Of a DNA stretch of 64,000 nucleotides, positions 23,653 through 36,988 are shown piece by piece. The stretch spans positions 90,706,001 through 90,770,000 of the forward strand of contig OX597816.1 in assembly GCA_951406725.2 (NCBI GenBank), read 5' to 3'. Positions within the stretch are counted from its first letter, which is position 1. Each line of letters starts with the position of its first letter. Below the pieces are notes generated by a model. That model had not been told where the DNA came from, did no database searches, and saw nothing but the letters and a program-made list of their open reading frames with translations. Source of the stretch: Octopus vulgaris (lineage: Eukaryota). The position numbers and the translations under genes are program-made.

Positions 23653-23884
23653 CAGGGTTGGCCAAAAGTCACCTGACAGTAAATCAAAACCATTTAATTC
23701 CAATATTTATTTATGTTTAACTACTGAATGAATTTAATAAAATCATTAAATGTGAAACATCATGAAAATGGTTCAAATTGAAGTCCTTCTTTTGCGACAC
23801 ATTTTCCCGGTCGAGTCAATACAGAATTACAGTTAGTATTTATGGAATTTTGATTTACTGTCGGGTGACTTTTGGCTAACCCTG
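23653..23884. mobile_element. Tc1/mariner-type MITE
   Basis: 37-bp TIRs CAGGGTT(G/A)GCCAAAAGTCACC(T/C)GACAGTAAATCAAAA with 2 mismatches; TA on both flanks. Confidence 0.9.
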
Positions 23885-25349
23885 TATTACTAGTTTTATA
23901 TATAATATTACTGGTATATTACTAGTATTATTTTATCAAATACGGAGAAAATAGCTAAAACCAACCAAGTTAGAAACGTTATGGATGGAAAGTCAAACGA
24001 AAGTAAATACGGATGAGGATTTAGTTTGACCATCTATGACATCTATTTCTTGATTTTCATGCAATATAATAAATACAAATATATAATTTTTACCCATCAC
24101 GTTTTAATGTATCATTTGAGACGAGTCAATGAAAGAGCCCTGCTGTGGTCATTCAACCTGTAAGTCAAATGAAGGACATTTTAGGTAATTCAATGATAGA
24201 TACGCTGTCAGAATAAACGATAGGATGGCCACGGTTAGAGCGCGTTTGGTCATAGGTTAGTTTCTTTTATATATAGCTAAACAATAACATACCACTAGAA
24301 AATCTAATGCTTGTCTATAAACAGAAAAAGTTTCATAACTGAAAAAAACCCTCCTTTAGTGTTAATACATGAATATAACATTTTAATATTTAATTATAAA
24401 TAACTAAAGTTATAATTCTCTAATATACGGTTTATCTTATACATTTTCCCTCGATTACTCACCAGGTATGTGAGCTTCCTATAACACTAGCTCTCTCATA
24501 TCATCTCATATTTCACTGATAAAACAAATATGATTTCTCACGTTAGCATACGGCCACCAAATTGTAGAGTGGAGTATAGCCGAAAGACTAACATAAATTA
24601 AATAAACTAATATTTATAAGTATTCTAAGTTTGTATTCAAGAAATGTGTTATATAAATTTAACTAAAATTATAACTGAGCCAATTCCAGATCATAACTCA
24701 ACAGTTTAAGAGAAGCCAAGGGAAGAAATATGGAGTAGTTGGAACACACAAGATGATAGCTCCTTTCCTTGTCTATATGTATAAAAGATTTAGAGTTCAG
24801 TTACAACAATATATATCTCCCACAGGGGGATGATGAGAAAATATATAAATAGAAACATATTCAGAATGTATTTGATATAATATATGTATATATGTATATT
24901 TATATATGTGTGTGTGTATGTATATATATGTGTATGTGTGTGTGTATGCATACATATGTGTGTACATACAGATTTATATGATATAAATGCATATAAACAC
25001 ATATATGTAATATATACATATGTTTACATACGCAGATTCATATACACATTTTTACACATACACACGCATATACACAGGCGCGCGCGTGCGTATGCGTTAT
25101 GTGTTTGAAGGGGAATGCAGCTTGGAACTTGATGATGATGAGGCGATAGGTGTGTATGAGTGGAAGAAAATGAAGGTGAAATAAAGAGATAAGAAAAATA
25201 AGAGCAAAAACCTCAAAATTAAATAGAGGCAAAGAAAAAGAAAACCCAACAATATTGAAGTAGAGGGACGTGGAGAGATAAAATATAACATGAAAGCATC
25301 ACCAATGAAAAAATGTCAGGAACGGGTGAAGAAGAGCAAAAGGGATAAG

Positions 25350-25350
25350 G

Positions 25351-25429
<79 letters not shown>
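25350..25429. repeat. (GA)n microsatellite
   Basis: Direct reading. Confidence 0.97.
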
Positions 25430-25432
<3 letters not shown>

Positions 25433-27429
25433 TAGATATGAGAGAGGAGGCTTGAGAAACCGAATACATACATTGAAATTGTGAGTGTGTAGTAAAAGCT
25501 GCGTAAAAAGTGTTGAAGACAAAAAAGCTGTTACAATAAACCTCTGTTACAGATAAAATAAATAAGAAGACCCTAATATTTGAGGGGACTAATGTTTGTA
25601 TATCCCGTCTTGAATAGGTAAATATCAAAGTTATTGATATGTTATTCCATCTTAGTACCATAATGAAGTTTCAAATAGTTTCTGATGTTCTCTAATGAAC
25701 AATATTCTTCTTTATGTCTTAGGCACCATACAAAAGGCGTTTCCCCATCGTTTTTCGTCTGGAATTCCATTCAGACTTACTCCAAGCAACAGTAGCAATT
25801 CAAGTTGACACTTTTCGCATCAGCGCCATGTAGTTATCCTTAAAATTCAGTGAGGGAGGGAATTAAAAAGGCAATGGGCACTGCTTTTCTTGAATGACAA
25901 ATATAATGAACAGTACCAAAAAATAATTCTCATAATCCATTTATCTCCGTATATGAAAACAAAGAAAAAAATCGACTGGAACATAAGCTCGAAAACTTAT
26001 TTCATACCAGAAATTCTGGTATCCAACCGCTAGTATTTTGCACCGATTATAAGAAAATACAACGTTGAAACATTTTATTCCGAATATATATATATATATA
26101 TATCATTTATCTATCTATCTGTCTGTCTGTCAGTCTATCTACCTATCTATTTATATATATCAGAAGGATATGGGAAACAAATCCTACATTGAAAAATAGG
26201 AATGATTCCAATAAAAATGTTTATGGCATTAAAAGTATATGAGGATAAAAAAAATATTCAGATGATACAAGCAGAAAAAATCATGAAAAGGGATTCCAAT
26301 GTTTTCATAAGGAATCAAGCCAAGATGTTTGATGTTCGCAGGGAGAAGTTTATGTTGCATTTAAAATGGAACTAGTTAGGTTGTTCCACTAAAAGCGAAG
26401 AAGCGCCAGTAATAATGAGACCTTTCAACACAGAGCCTGAACGATGATAAAGAGGAAGGTTGAGAATTCAGCATGTACAAATATTCAAAACAAAGGTCAA
26501 ATATGATATAAAATCATCGTTTATAGTTATATCAATATTTTGCCATATCTCTAAAGTCTAAAGGCAATATTGAGAAATTATTTTCTATATATCTGAAAAT
26601 AGGTCACTAATAATATCGATTACAGATCACTCATTTCAATAAAAGGTTACAAGTTAACAATTATTTTATTTCAAGCCTGCCTCTACGCACACTATTAAGT
26701 GATCAGCATTACACTTTTAATGCGAAATTAAACACACCTTCAAAATAATTTCTAACCGTCCCCATATGTTTGTCACAATATTTTATTAAAAAAATTAAGA
26801 TTTTAATCCAATTTTAAAAGGAATAACTTCCAAGTGACCCCCACTCGCAAAATAAAAAAAATAGAGAGCTCAGTGGGAAATAAAGCTATAGAACTTGTTC
26901 TTCAAAAATATGTTCAACATATCGTTGAAGAAACGCACACATTGTTAAAGATATAAGATTTCAATTGCTGTGAATAAAATATATAAATTTTTAGCAAAAT
27001 CTTTTATTCATTTAAATTAGCTCTTACAAATTTGATTTATGGTATGATTTAAAAAATACCAATTAAGTAAAAGAGCAAGATTTCATATTTTTTTCATAAT
27101 GAATGGAAGAACCTGTATCAAAAAGACAATTTCAAGTACTGATCGGCAGAAACAAAACAAAATTTAATATAATTTAGAAGCGAAAACATTCAGAGTACCA
27201 TACAAAGCAAAAGTTACATGATTGTTATACCATGCCTGTCCTACGAGTTTGATATATTGTATAATAATGGTTGCAAATGTTGGTACAAGACCGACGTTAA
27301 AATTTCTTTTAATTTTTCATTTCTGCTAACAATGCTGTATAATCGGCATATCATATATTATTTGTGTTTATGTTATTGACGGTGAGTCTTTTGATTTTAG
27401 GAATACAACTCAATGTAGATATTAAATAT

Positions 27430-27720
27430 GTATGATGGTAACACACATCCTTGTCTTACACCTCTTTTGATGTCTGCCGATTCTGGCAATTCCTGGTCTA
27501 TATTGACGACTATCTTATGGGGCCATTATAACTGACAGATGATTCTGATCCTTTCCTTTTAAGCCAGCATTTTTTAATGAGGTGATGACTACTCCATGGT
27601 GTTTGAGGTCAAATACCTTGGCATAATCTTTGAAACAAGCAAATAAATCTTTCTGTTCTTATATTTACTTTAATGGCAGATTATTGAAGCAGAGTATGGC
27701 CCTAAATCCAAATAGCTCGT
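27430..27720 (-). mobile_element. Degenerate RTE-like RT fragment
   Basis: Minus strand FGFRA, DLFACFKDYAKVFD and DIKRGVRQGCVLP. Confidence 0.75.
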
Positions 27721-27897
27721 CTAAGGCTTCTGCATTTATTTTGCCTTCTATTTATCATAGTAAATTTCAGGATATCTAGTTTTAAAAAGTGCGTATTTAT
27801 TAATGTATCTTTAATGACGTAATGCAATAAGTTCAGTTTCAATTGATTAAGAGGAATTAGTAAAAATACCTACCTACCTACCTACCTACCTACCTAC

Positions 27898-27937
<40 letters not shown>

Positions 27938-28346
27938 TTCATGTTCAATAGCAAAGTTTAGTTTGGTTAGTTTCTGATGAGGTATTTTCATATACACACA
28001 CTCACACACATACACGCGCACCCCCCACACATACACACGACCCCCCCCCCACACGACACACACATATACACACACACTTATATATTTTGAGTATTAAGAA
28101 ATAAGAAAAAGTTGAATAAATGTATATATATATATATATAGTCACTGTCAATGTTAAAAATATCGAGTAATCTTTCTGAAAAATATCTACTCTACTCTAC
28201 TCTACTGAAAAATATCGAGTAATCTTTCACTTTAAAGTTAAATTGGTTTTAAATATAACTTGACATAAAAACAAACAAACAAACAATATATATATATATG
28301 TAAATACGATGAGGGATCTGAGTTTTGGAAATTTGTAAGATTCATA

Positions 28347-28590
28347 CATCATCATCATTGTTCGACTGTGGTCGAGACAATGGAATTTACTATGCTACGC
28401 CAGACTTCACGGTCCATCATAGCATTACGGAGGTCCTGTTGCTGGATGCCCGTATCCCTGGAGATTACATCAGGGTAGGAGAGTGTGCGCCCTCTGGTAT
28501 CGCGAGTAGATGGCTTCCAGAGGAGAAGAGTAGAAATTGCCTCGTTTCCAGCTCTACAACAATGTCAAGCAAACTGGACTCTCCTACCTT
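28347..28590 (-). mobile_element. RTE-clade LINE 3' end with (GAT)n tail
   Basis: RRVQFA*HCCRAGNEAISTLLLWKP...GRTLSYPDVISRDTG...AMMDREVWR, then (GAT)n. Confidence 0.82.
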
Positions 28591-28930
28591 TTCGTTTTTT
28601 TTTTGTACCATTAGTTGTTAACGGTGATTTGCATAGAAGCTAACAGGTTATCGAAATTATTTGTAACTTCGATATGGGGATGCCAATAAATTGTTATTTT
28701 ATCGCACAGTGTCCAGCTTTTGTTCTCTATATTGGCCGCCTAGTGTATGAATATTCATACACTAGGCGGCCAATATAGAGAACAAAAGCTGGACACTATG
28801 CGATAAAATAAAATAACAATTTATTAGCATCTCCATATCGAAGTTACAAATAATTTCGATAAGCTGTTAGCTTCTATGCAAATCATCGTTAGCAACTGAT
28901 GGTGCAAAAAAACAAAAAAAAAAAAACGAA
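28590..28930. repeat. ~340-bp palindrome with no spacer, centred at 28752/28753
   Basis: ggccgcctagtgtatgaat|attcatacactaggcggcc; arms pair out to the T-run/A-run with about eight substitutions and small indels. Confidence 0.95.
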
Positions 28931-29035
28931 TAAACTCCAAAACTTAAAGGTGTGGAACAGATAAACTTTAAGCTTTAGGTAATTAAAAGAAACATATGTA
29001 GCTTACATTTTACCTGTTATATAAATATAGAACAG

Positions 29036-29084
29036 GTGTGTATATATATATATATAATGTATATATATGTATATACATATATAC

Positions 29085-29130
<46 letters not shown>

Positions 29131-29139
29131 ACACACACA

Positions 29140-29186
<47 letters not shown>

Positions 29187-29232
29187 CATACAACATACAT
29201 ACAAACACACACACACACACATATATATATAT
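29036..29232. repeat. (TA)n/(CA)n microsatellite
   Basis: Direct reading. Confidence 0.95.
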
Positions 29233-29597
29233 ACAAGAGTTAATGAATGGAGTAGATAAGGTCCGGGCTTCATATGTTTCATAGCGAGCGGAACCTCAGA
29301 AATAGTAATTATTCAAGCGAGGTGTATACCGTAAACTACTCTTCAGACCAAGGACATCTTGATAAAATGAAGTTTAACGTTATCGCAAGGAGGTACATTT
29401 TAACACATAGAAGATTCAATCAGATTCTGATTGACAATGTAAACCTTCATTTAATCAAGGTATCTTTGACCTGAAGAGTAGCCTGCGGTATACACTTTAC
29501 TTCGATATTTACCACTCTGTATTTACTACGGATTGCTTGAAGCTAATTTTCTTCCTACAGCTCGATCCCTGGATCTTATACATATATAACTTTGTAT
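29232..29597. repeat. Old imperfect fold-back (MITE-like) element
   Basis: gtgtataccgtaaactactcttcagaccaaggacatcttgataaaatgaag (from 29322) pairs with the reverse complement of 29444-29495; weaker pairing extends outward. Confidence 0.65.
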
Positions 29598-30470
29598 TCT
29601 ATCATCTGTTGCGATTAAAAAGACAATTAATCAATCGCAATACACCAAACTCTAATAGTACTAGCAGCAGCAATTATTTCTTAACATAAATTGACAGCCC
29701 AAACAATAAGTTTTTTGTATCATAGTTAACACAAATTTGCCCGCCTACGTAAGATTAACGGCCAGATCATTTAAGATAAGATTTCATGAGCATACATATA
29801 CTTCTGGAAACTAAAAAAAAAAAAAAAAGAATTGCATCTAGAATTTAACGCTTTGATGTAAAATGGAAAATGTTATGCTTCCGAAGTCTTACACAGTAAA
29901 TAAAATTTCTTGTGATATTTGCACTTCCGAATCTTATGAATAATACTATAGTATTATTGCTATTATTATTATTATTATTATTTCTAAATCTCTCTAAACA
30001 GTACTGAGTTTTAATAGTTATCACGAAGCTAACATGGCAGTCCAGAAAAATAGGACGAATGTTGCAGTTGATTAGCTTCAAGAGGCTATCGCTTCTAGCT
30101 GGCTATGTGATACACAAACCTGTGTCCATTACAACCTTCGAACAGAGGCGGTCATCAGCTTCCCCATGCTGGTTCAGATATCCACAGACTAGTTTCAGAG
30201 TATTTGCCCCTTATCAATGTAAATTAGTCGAACTCAGCAGGCGTCGCTATTGACTGTCTGTTCGAAGATTTATATATTCAGTGGAATGCATCCACTGGTT
30301 ATCAGAAATAGAAATATTATTATTTCTAAATCTCTCTAAAGGAGACTACGGCAGCAGTACTGGGTATTAATAACTATCGCCAACACCACTATATAGTATC
30401 AAAATTTCATGCATTTATTTGTAAAGTTAAGGAAGTTGTTAAAAATTGAAACCCATTAGTGAAACCCTGC

Positions 30471-30501
<31 letters not shown>

Positions 30502-30679
30502 TGTATGTATGTATGTATGTATGTATGTATATATATATTGTTGTGTCTTGGGGGAGTCTTTGTTGACGTAATGATTCTCCCAAGACACAACAAGATTTGT
30601 TTTAACGCGCGATTTCACATCAAGAATTTGCAAACCATAAGCAAAAACAAAATAAATATATGTACGATACGATTATTGG

Positions 30680-30680
<1 letters not shown>

Positions 30681-30739
<59 letters not shown>

Positions 30740-30778
30740 ATATATATATATATATATGTATATAAGTATATATATATG

Positions 30779-30809
<31 letters not shown>

Positions 30810-30854
30810 ATATATATGTATATATATATATGTATATATGTATATATATATGTA

Positions 30855-30889
<35 letters not shown>

Positions 30890-30890
30890 G

Positions 30891-30925
<35 letters not shown>

Positions 30926-30982
30926 GTGTGTGTGTATGTGTGTGTGTATGTGTGTGTGTATGTGTGTGTGTGTGTGTGTGTA
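30681..30982. repeat. (TA)n/(TATG)n/(TG)n compound microsatellite
   Basis: Direct reading. Confidence 0.96.
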
Positions 30983-31264
30983 TCCAGTAATTGTATCGTT
31001 ACTGTCCTTGATTTTTTGCTTTCTATTTATTTTATAGTTCTTTCTACAGACCTGGTCTTTTTCTGTTGATCTCAATCTGTCTTGCTCATACACCTTAGCA
31101 GAGATTTTGCAGTTGACGCCACCAAAATGAGCAATCTTATTGATAATGGCGTGATATTGTAATGATTTTTAGATAGATAGCTGATGAGGGATGAGCATGT
31201 CCACATCTTTTGTGCATGCTTTCTTCATGTTCCTTGTCGACTTTCTGTGCAACATTTTATTCTT

Positions 31265-31317
<53 letters not shown>

Positions 31318-31396
31318 CACAACGATAATAACTTGTGAACGGAAATCCATAGGCTTTAGTAGTGTATCATGACATATGTTTCCATATCCCTTATGT

Positions 31397-31439
<43 letters not shown>

Positions 31440-31509
31440 AGAAAAAAGAAGCAGTTTGAATTTCGTTTACGAACTCGTCAAGACAATATATATATATAAA
31501 TATTTTTTT

Positions 31510-31620
31510 TTCATCTTCTACTTGTTTCTGACATTAGACTACAGCCATGCTGGTGCACCGCCTTAAGGAAATTTTAGTCGAACGAATCGATCCCGCTACT
31601 TTTTTTCCTTCTTAAGCCTG
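31510..31620 (-). mobile_element. SINE 3' fragment (19700 family)
   Basis: Reverse complement of ttaaggcggtgcaccagcatggc...gaaacaagta. Confidence 0.75.
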
Positions 31621-33581
31621 TTCTACACAACTCTACACATGCTTAGTCACGAACGGGTAATTTATACGCTGATCGAACAGCTGGATCTTCATCTTCGAAA
31701 TCAATGGAAATTCATCCATGCATACGGAAACCTTCGTACATAAACAAGCGCATACGCATATATTTTGTATCCACACACTCAAAATCACATACACATATGT
31801 ATATATGATAATTTCAGAGTATGTATGATTTAAAACAAAACATTAGGAATAAATTAAATTGATATATGTTTATTAGTTTATAATAATATTTCTGATTACG
31901 TTTGCATCGTTGATAACGTGTATAACTGTAATCATTTGAAGTCTATTCTCTTTTACATAAAAAAACAACTTCCAAAAGAAGACTTAATACTTCTATTGAA
32001 GCCTGTTTCATTGAACTATTGAATGTAATTTCCAAAATACATCTTAGAAGAATAACAACTTTAAATTACATATTTTCTGCTGATAGATAATTTTAACTGT
32101 TCAAAAGTTGTATTTCATTGCTAAGAGACGAATAGAATGCCTCTCTTTATCAATAACAACAAAATACTCATTCACTCACTCACTCACACATACACTCTCT
32201 CTCTTTTTCTTTATTTTATTTGTCTATTTTACTGAGTAATGTAATATAATGGATGTGATACGTATATCTATTTTCCTGTATTTAATTATGTATACATATA
32301 CTCCCCCTTATATAGACTTATGCATACATAAATCCACACACACACATACACACACATATATAAATACACAGTTATATATATATATTACACACACTCACAC
32401 CCAACACATACTTACATATGAGATGAATGACCTTTTCAAAGCCTCTCCTAAAAGCTAACCAGGTGCAACAAAGTGAGGGATAGGCTCGCAAGTTCTACAC
32501 AACTCTACACATGCTAAATAAAGTGGGATCCCAATGACCTAAAATATTAAAGGGGAAAAGTCTGTTCTTTTTTTAGTTGTGTGTGTGTGTGTGTGTGCGT
32601 GCGCGCGCGTATTCACGCATACAGCAATACACAGGGACATTTAGATACAAACGTACACATATGTGCATATTATGTATATATATGTTTATATATATATGTG
32701 TGTGTCTGTGTAGGTATGTGTGTGTATGCATGTGTGTGTGTGCATGTGCGTATGTGCGTGCGTGTATGTGTACTTATATATATATATATGTGTGTGTGTG
32801 TGTCTGTGTGTGTGTATGCGTTTACATTAATCCATCCTCACTTAGACAAAGAAGCATACATACGCACATACGCACACACATCGACATGACGTTGGCAGGT
32901 GCCCAGTGTGTTCTGAAATTTTCATCTCTTTTCATATTTTCTTTACATCCCAGCTAATGTCTTACTTTATCTAAATGCATTTGCTACTCCGGTTTTTCTC
33001 TCTGACTAAATTATAAATAAAAGAAGAGATTTTTCATAAAATCCATTTGAAGAATTACTGTATATTAAAGATGTTGATATGTAGTCTGCGATCGTCAAGA
33101 AAAATGACTAACTCAATAGAGTGATGTTGTCAAGGTCAAACATATGAACACACAAGTTTAAGGCATTTAAAAGAAGTTTGGGAGTCGGAACATTACAATC
33201 TAATTATATAAGAAAAGTCGCACTTCTGATGAAACAGATTTCCTCTCTTCTCATGTGTTATGTATGTTATATAAAGTGACGCGAAAAAAATGAAATGAAT
33301 ATTCTCTGTGAAGTTGTGTATCTATGTGAGCTTATGTGTTAATCACCGTTCTTTATCTGAAAAATACGAGATGTTCGCACAAAATAGGTGTATTGTGCAT
33401 TATCGACAGTTTCAATATAGAAAGATGTTTTGAAGGACCAACTTCTATCGGTTCATAATCATCTTCAATTCCTCAAATGACCCCCTCAGTTTTCAATTGT
33501 TATCATTTGTCACTCTCGTTCGTTTCCTTCGTACTTGTTAATTCTGATCTAAGTTTTTACATTAAACTGACTATGTACTAG

Positions 33582-33892
33582 GGAGGCGCAATTGTCCAGT
33601 GGTTAGGGTAGCGGACACGCGGTCGGAGGATCGCGGTTTCGATTCCCAGACCGGGCGTTGTGTGTGTTTATTGAGCGAAAACACCTAAAAGCTCCACGAG
33701 GCTCCGGCAGGGGGTGGTGGCGACCGCTGTTGTACTCTTTCGCCCCAACTTTTTCTCACTCTTTCTTCCTGTTTCTTGAGTAACACTGCGATGGACTGGA
33801 GTTCCGTCCAGCTGGGGGAACACATACGCCACAGAAACCGGGAAACCGGGCCCATGAGCCTGGTTAGGCTTGAAAATGGCGCAGAAGAAGAA
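33582..33892 (+). mobile_element. Full-length tRNA-derived SINE with (GAA)n tail and 10-bp TSD
   Basis: Head ggaggcgcaattgtccagtggttagg...ggtttcgattccc; gcgatggactgg..ccgtccag..acagaaaccggg 3' block; TSD tatgtactag at 33572-33581 and 33893-33902. Confidence 0.9.
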
Positions 33893-34099
33893 TATGTACT
33901 AGACACAAGTTCCAATAACCACGATCGGTAAATCTGTTCCTGATTCTGAACCAGATAAACAAAGGTTGAACTCGAAAAACAAACATAACACTATAGCTTG
34001 AGATAAAGTTTTGTTTTACCATTTAGTGAAGCAGCTTAACGATTTCAAGACTATAACGACGGACTTTGTACAGCACCTGTTGCTATTAATAAAACTAAT

Positions 34100-34265
34100 A
34101 GGGGGCGGAGTGAATTGGTGGAATCGTTAGAGCGTTGAAAATGTATTAAATTACGAACATTTACATTCTGAGTTCAAATACTGTCGAAGTCTACTTTACC
34201 TTTCGAGGTCAAAAAAACAAGTGCTTGGGTCAATATAATCGACTGTGTCCCACTTCTAAATTTAT
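34100..34265 (+). mobile_element. Degenerate Meta-domain-like SINE
   Basis: ggaatcgttagagcg...ttctgagttcaaatactgtcgaagtctactttacctttc. Confidence 0.65.
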
Positions 34266-36584
34266 TTTACATATATCTAAAAGCTAGAATAGCTTGATTA
34301 GCATATATTTGTAATGATGACAAACTCTGTCGTCAAAGATGATAAAAAATATCTTAATTCATAGTTTGATTACAATATCCAACGGAATGTATACAGATGT
34401 TAGGCTTCTTTTTATTTGTGTTTAAATTCCTTGTATTACCTGTATAGAGCATTTTACAAGGGAATGTGCTATGGGCAAATAAACAAAATATCTATCAAAA
34501 ATAGGATAGAATAAAACCTCTATTTACTTAGATGAAATTTTTACAACTTATTCAGTATTTTCATGTACTCGCATACTGGACAAGAGTTCAATTTTGCTTT
34601 ATATGCATTCCATTCTTATATTCTGATTTTAGAATGTTGCAACTGAAACCTTTAAAATTTTATAAAAGTTAATTCGTGAGAAAATGTCAAATATTCTTTG
34701 AAAAACTTGGACATGGTGCTTATATTTTGACTAAAGCAGCTCTGTTGAAAGCGATTCTTTTCTTTCCACCATTCATCAATATCGAATGGGTACCATAAGA
34801 AATGCAAGCAATCCGAGAGGAGCTGTAAGCCTTTGTAAAATTCATTATTCTTAAATCCAGAATCCCTTTTTAAATGTTTAGTGAACAGTGGAGAAAAGTC
34901 AAAGTAGAAATTTTAACCCTAATAAATTTTACTTTGTAAATGATGGGTTAAAGTCGATAATATACAATTTCAAATATTATACTCCAGTCATATCATCCTC
35001 AATATAGAGTGGGAATGTAATACTGATTTACCATCGTACAAGTTTACAAGTTCATAAGGTAAGGTTATGATCACTTGAAATGTCTAGTACGAGACTTGAA
35101 AGCCAAAGTCAATCTCGATGTAGAAGCCTTTAAAATGCCGCAATGCATAGTATAATCTGTTGACCTTAGTTGGGCTACAATATTAAAATAACCAACATAC
35201 AATAAAATGAATCTTAGCTAAAGCTAAAGTCAATCTGTAGAATCTGAATATAATAAGAAAAGAAATATAACTAAATACTACAAAGTATTCTATTTGGTAC
35301 TTTGTGTTTCTGCAAATATTCACCCCGATATTCCTAAATATTGCCGTACATCTTCAATATCTGTAATGTGTAAAACACATTATTAAATTGGAAGCGATTA
35401 TACTTCATCCAGATCTTATATCAAGTACATTTGTCAGATTACCAATAATGTAGATACATTTTTGGCTACTTCAGTACCAAATAATCTATATATTAGATGA
35501 ATCTTTTTACTTTTTACTAACATATTCTTTAATGTTAAACATATATCGTCTTCCTGGAAGTTTTCTTCCGGAAAGGCGATTCTTCCTCTGAAGTACTTTT
35601 TTACAATACAAAACGTGTACTTTCTCTGAAGTATATTTTTACAGCAATACAAAATATGTACTTCTTTTAACACACAGTGAAGGAGGAATATAAAGTTAAA
35701 AAAACCAAAACAAAACAAAACAAAAACGAACAAAAAGCAAACAAAAACAATAAAACAATGCAAAAATTAAATGTCTCGCAGAGTTTTGTTGAATTAAATA
35801 ATTTTTTAACAATTCCCTATCAGTTTTACAGGTCTGTAGAACATGATTAATCGATATAAACAATATTAACCAGAAGCTCTCTTAATACATTCACTAAATA
35901 CAGATAGCAAACCAGGCTAAAGGAAAAACAAGTGTCATCTACTTTATTGTTTCCATTATCTTTTCAGATTACGAGGTAAAGGACGATGTAACATTAAATA
36001 TATTATATGAGAATGGCATATGATAAAGTATAGTCTACATCGAAAGTCGATCAGCTGAACTGGAAGAATTCATACATTTCTCTTTCTAAATGTATGACAT
36101 CATTGTTAGGCGGCATTTAGCTTTACAAAATTTACGTTTGCACCTTTGCCTTCTTAAACTTTCCAGAATAAATTTTGCCTCCGACCTTTCCTAGAAATAT
36201 GTAACAGTAATGGTAGACTGTATCAGCGCAGAAAATTTCTCTGGTACCTACATAGTAACTAAAAATAAAATATTTTCTTGTTTCATCTAATTTATACTTT
36301 ATTTGAAGTAATATTAATTTAACGGCTTATTTCGATAGAACCGTGAAAGGTTACGTTTTAGTCAGAGAACTGGTGTAGGCTTTACGCGTTATAACAGACG
36401 GTGCTAAGGGATGTGTTATATATTACCCCACTTCATATCTAAATACAGTGAGTGTATCATTGATTTGGATTACAAAAGCAAGAGCTCAATTGTAGTTGTT
36501 ATTCATACATACACGCACACCCGTAAGTTGTTTCTTTGGTGAATCTCAAAATTAATCCATATGTACGTATCTTATATCTTATAC

Positions 36585-36797
36585 CTTTTCCAGTTACTAG
36601 ACTGCGGCCATGCTTGGGCACTGACTCGAAGAGTTTAGTCGAACAAATCAACCCCAGTACTTATCTCTTTTTTGCCGAACCAATCTGTTAGAGGGACTAA
36701 ACAAACCAACTCCGGTTGTCAAGCGGTGATGGGGGACAAAATACATACGCAGACACACATATAGGTATATACATACATACATGCATACATACATACA

Positions 36798-36829
<32 letters not shown>

Positions 36830-36988
36830 CACGTATACGACGAGCTTCTTTCAGTTTCCATTTACCAAATCCACTAACAATACTCGGGGCTATAGTAGAA
36901 GACACTTGCCCTAGTTGATACGCAGTTGAGCTGAACGTGGAACCATGGGGTTGGGAAACAAGCTTTGCCTTACAGCCTCGCCTGCGCC
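36585..36988 (-). mobile_element. SINE (19700 family) with internal (CATA)n
   Basis: Diverged reverse complement of 19700-20100. Confidence 0.82.

Noticed and set aside
25720-25850. Exon-like segment after tttatgtcttag
   Set aside because: All three frames hit stops and no partner exons are evident.
28156-28229. Repeated aaaaatatcgagtaatctttc around (ctact)n
   Set aside because: Local duplication; too few units and no unique spacers, so not CRISPR-like.
29472-29480. Other CTGA(T/A)GA matches (27974, 29471, 31181, 33226, 51918, 57499, 60613)
   Set aside because: No stem II plus GAAA at the right spacing, so not hammerheads.
35548-35670. Degenerate ~35-40-bp tandem repeat and ORF 35434-35763
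   Set aside because: Short decayed minisatellite; the ORF is low complexity.
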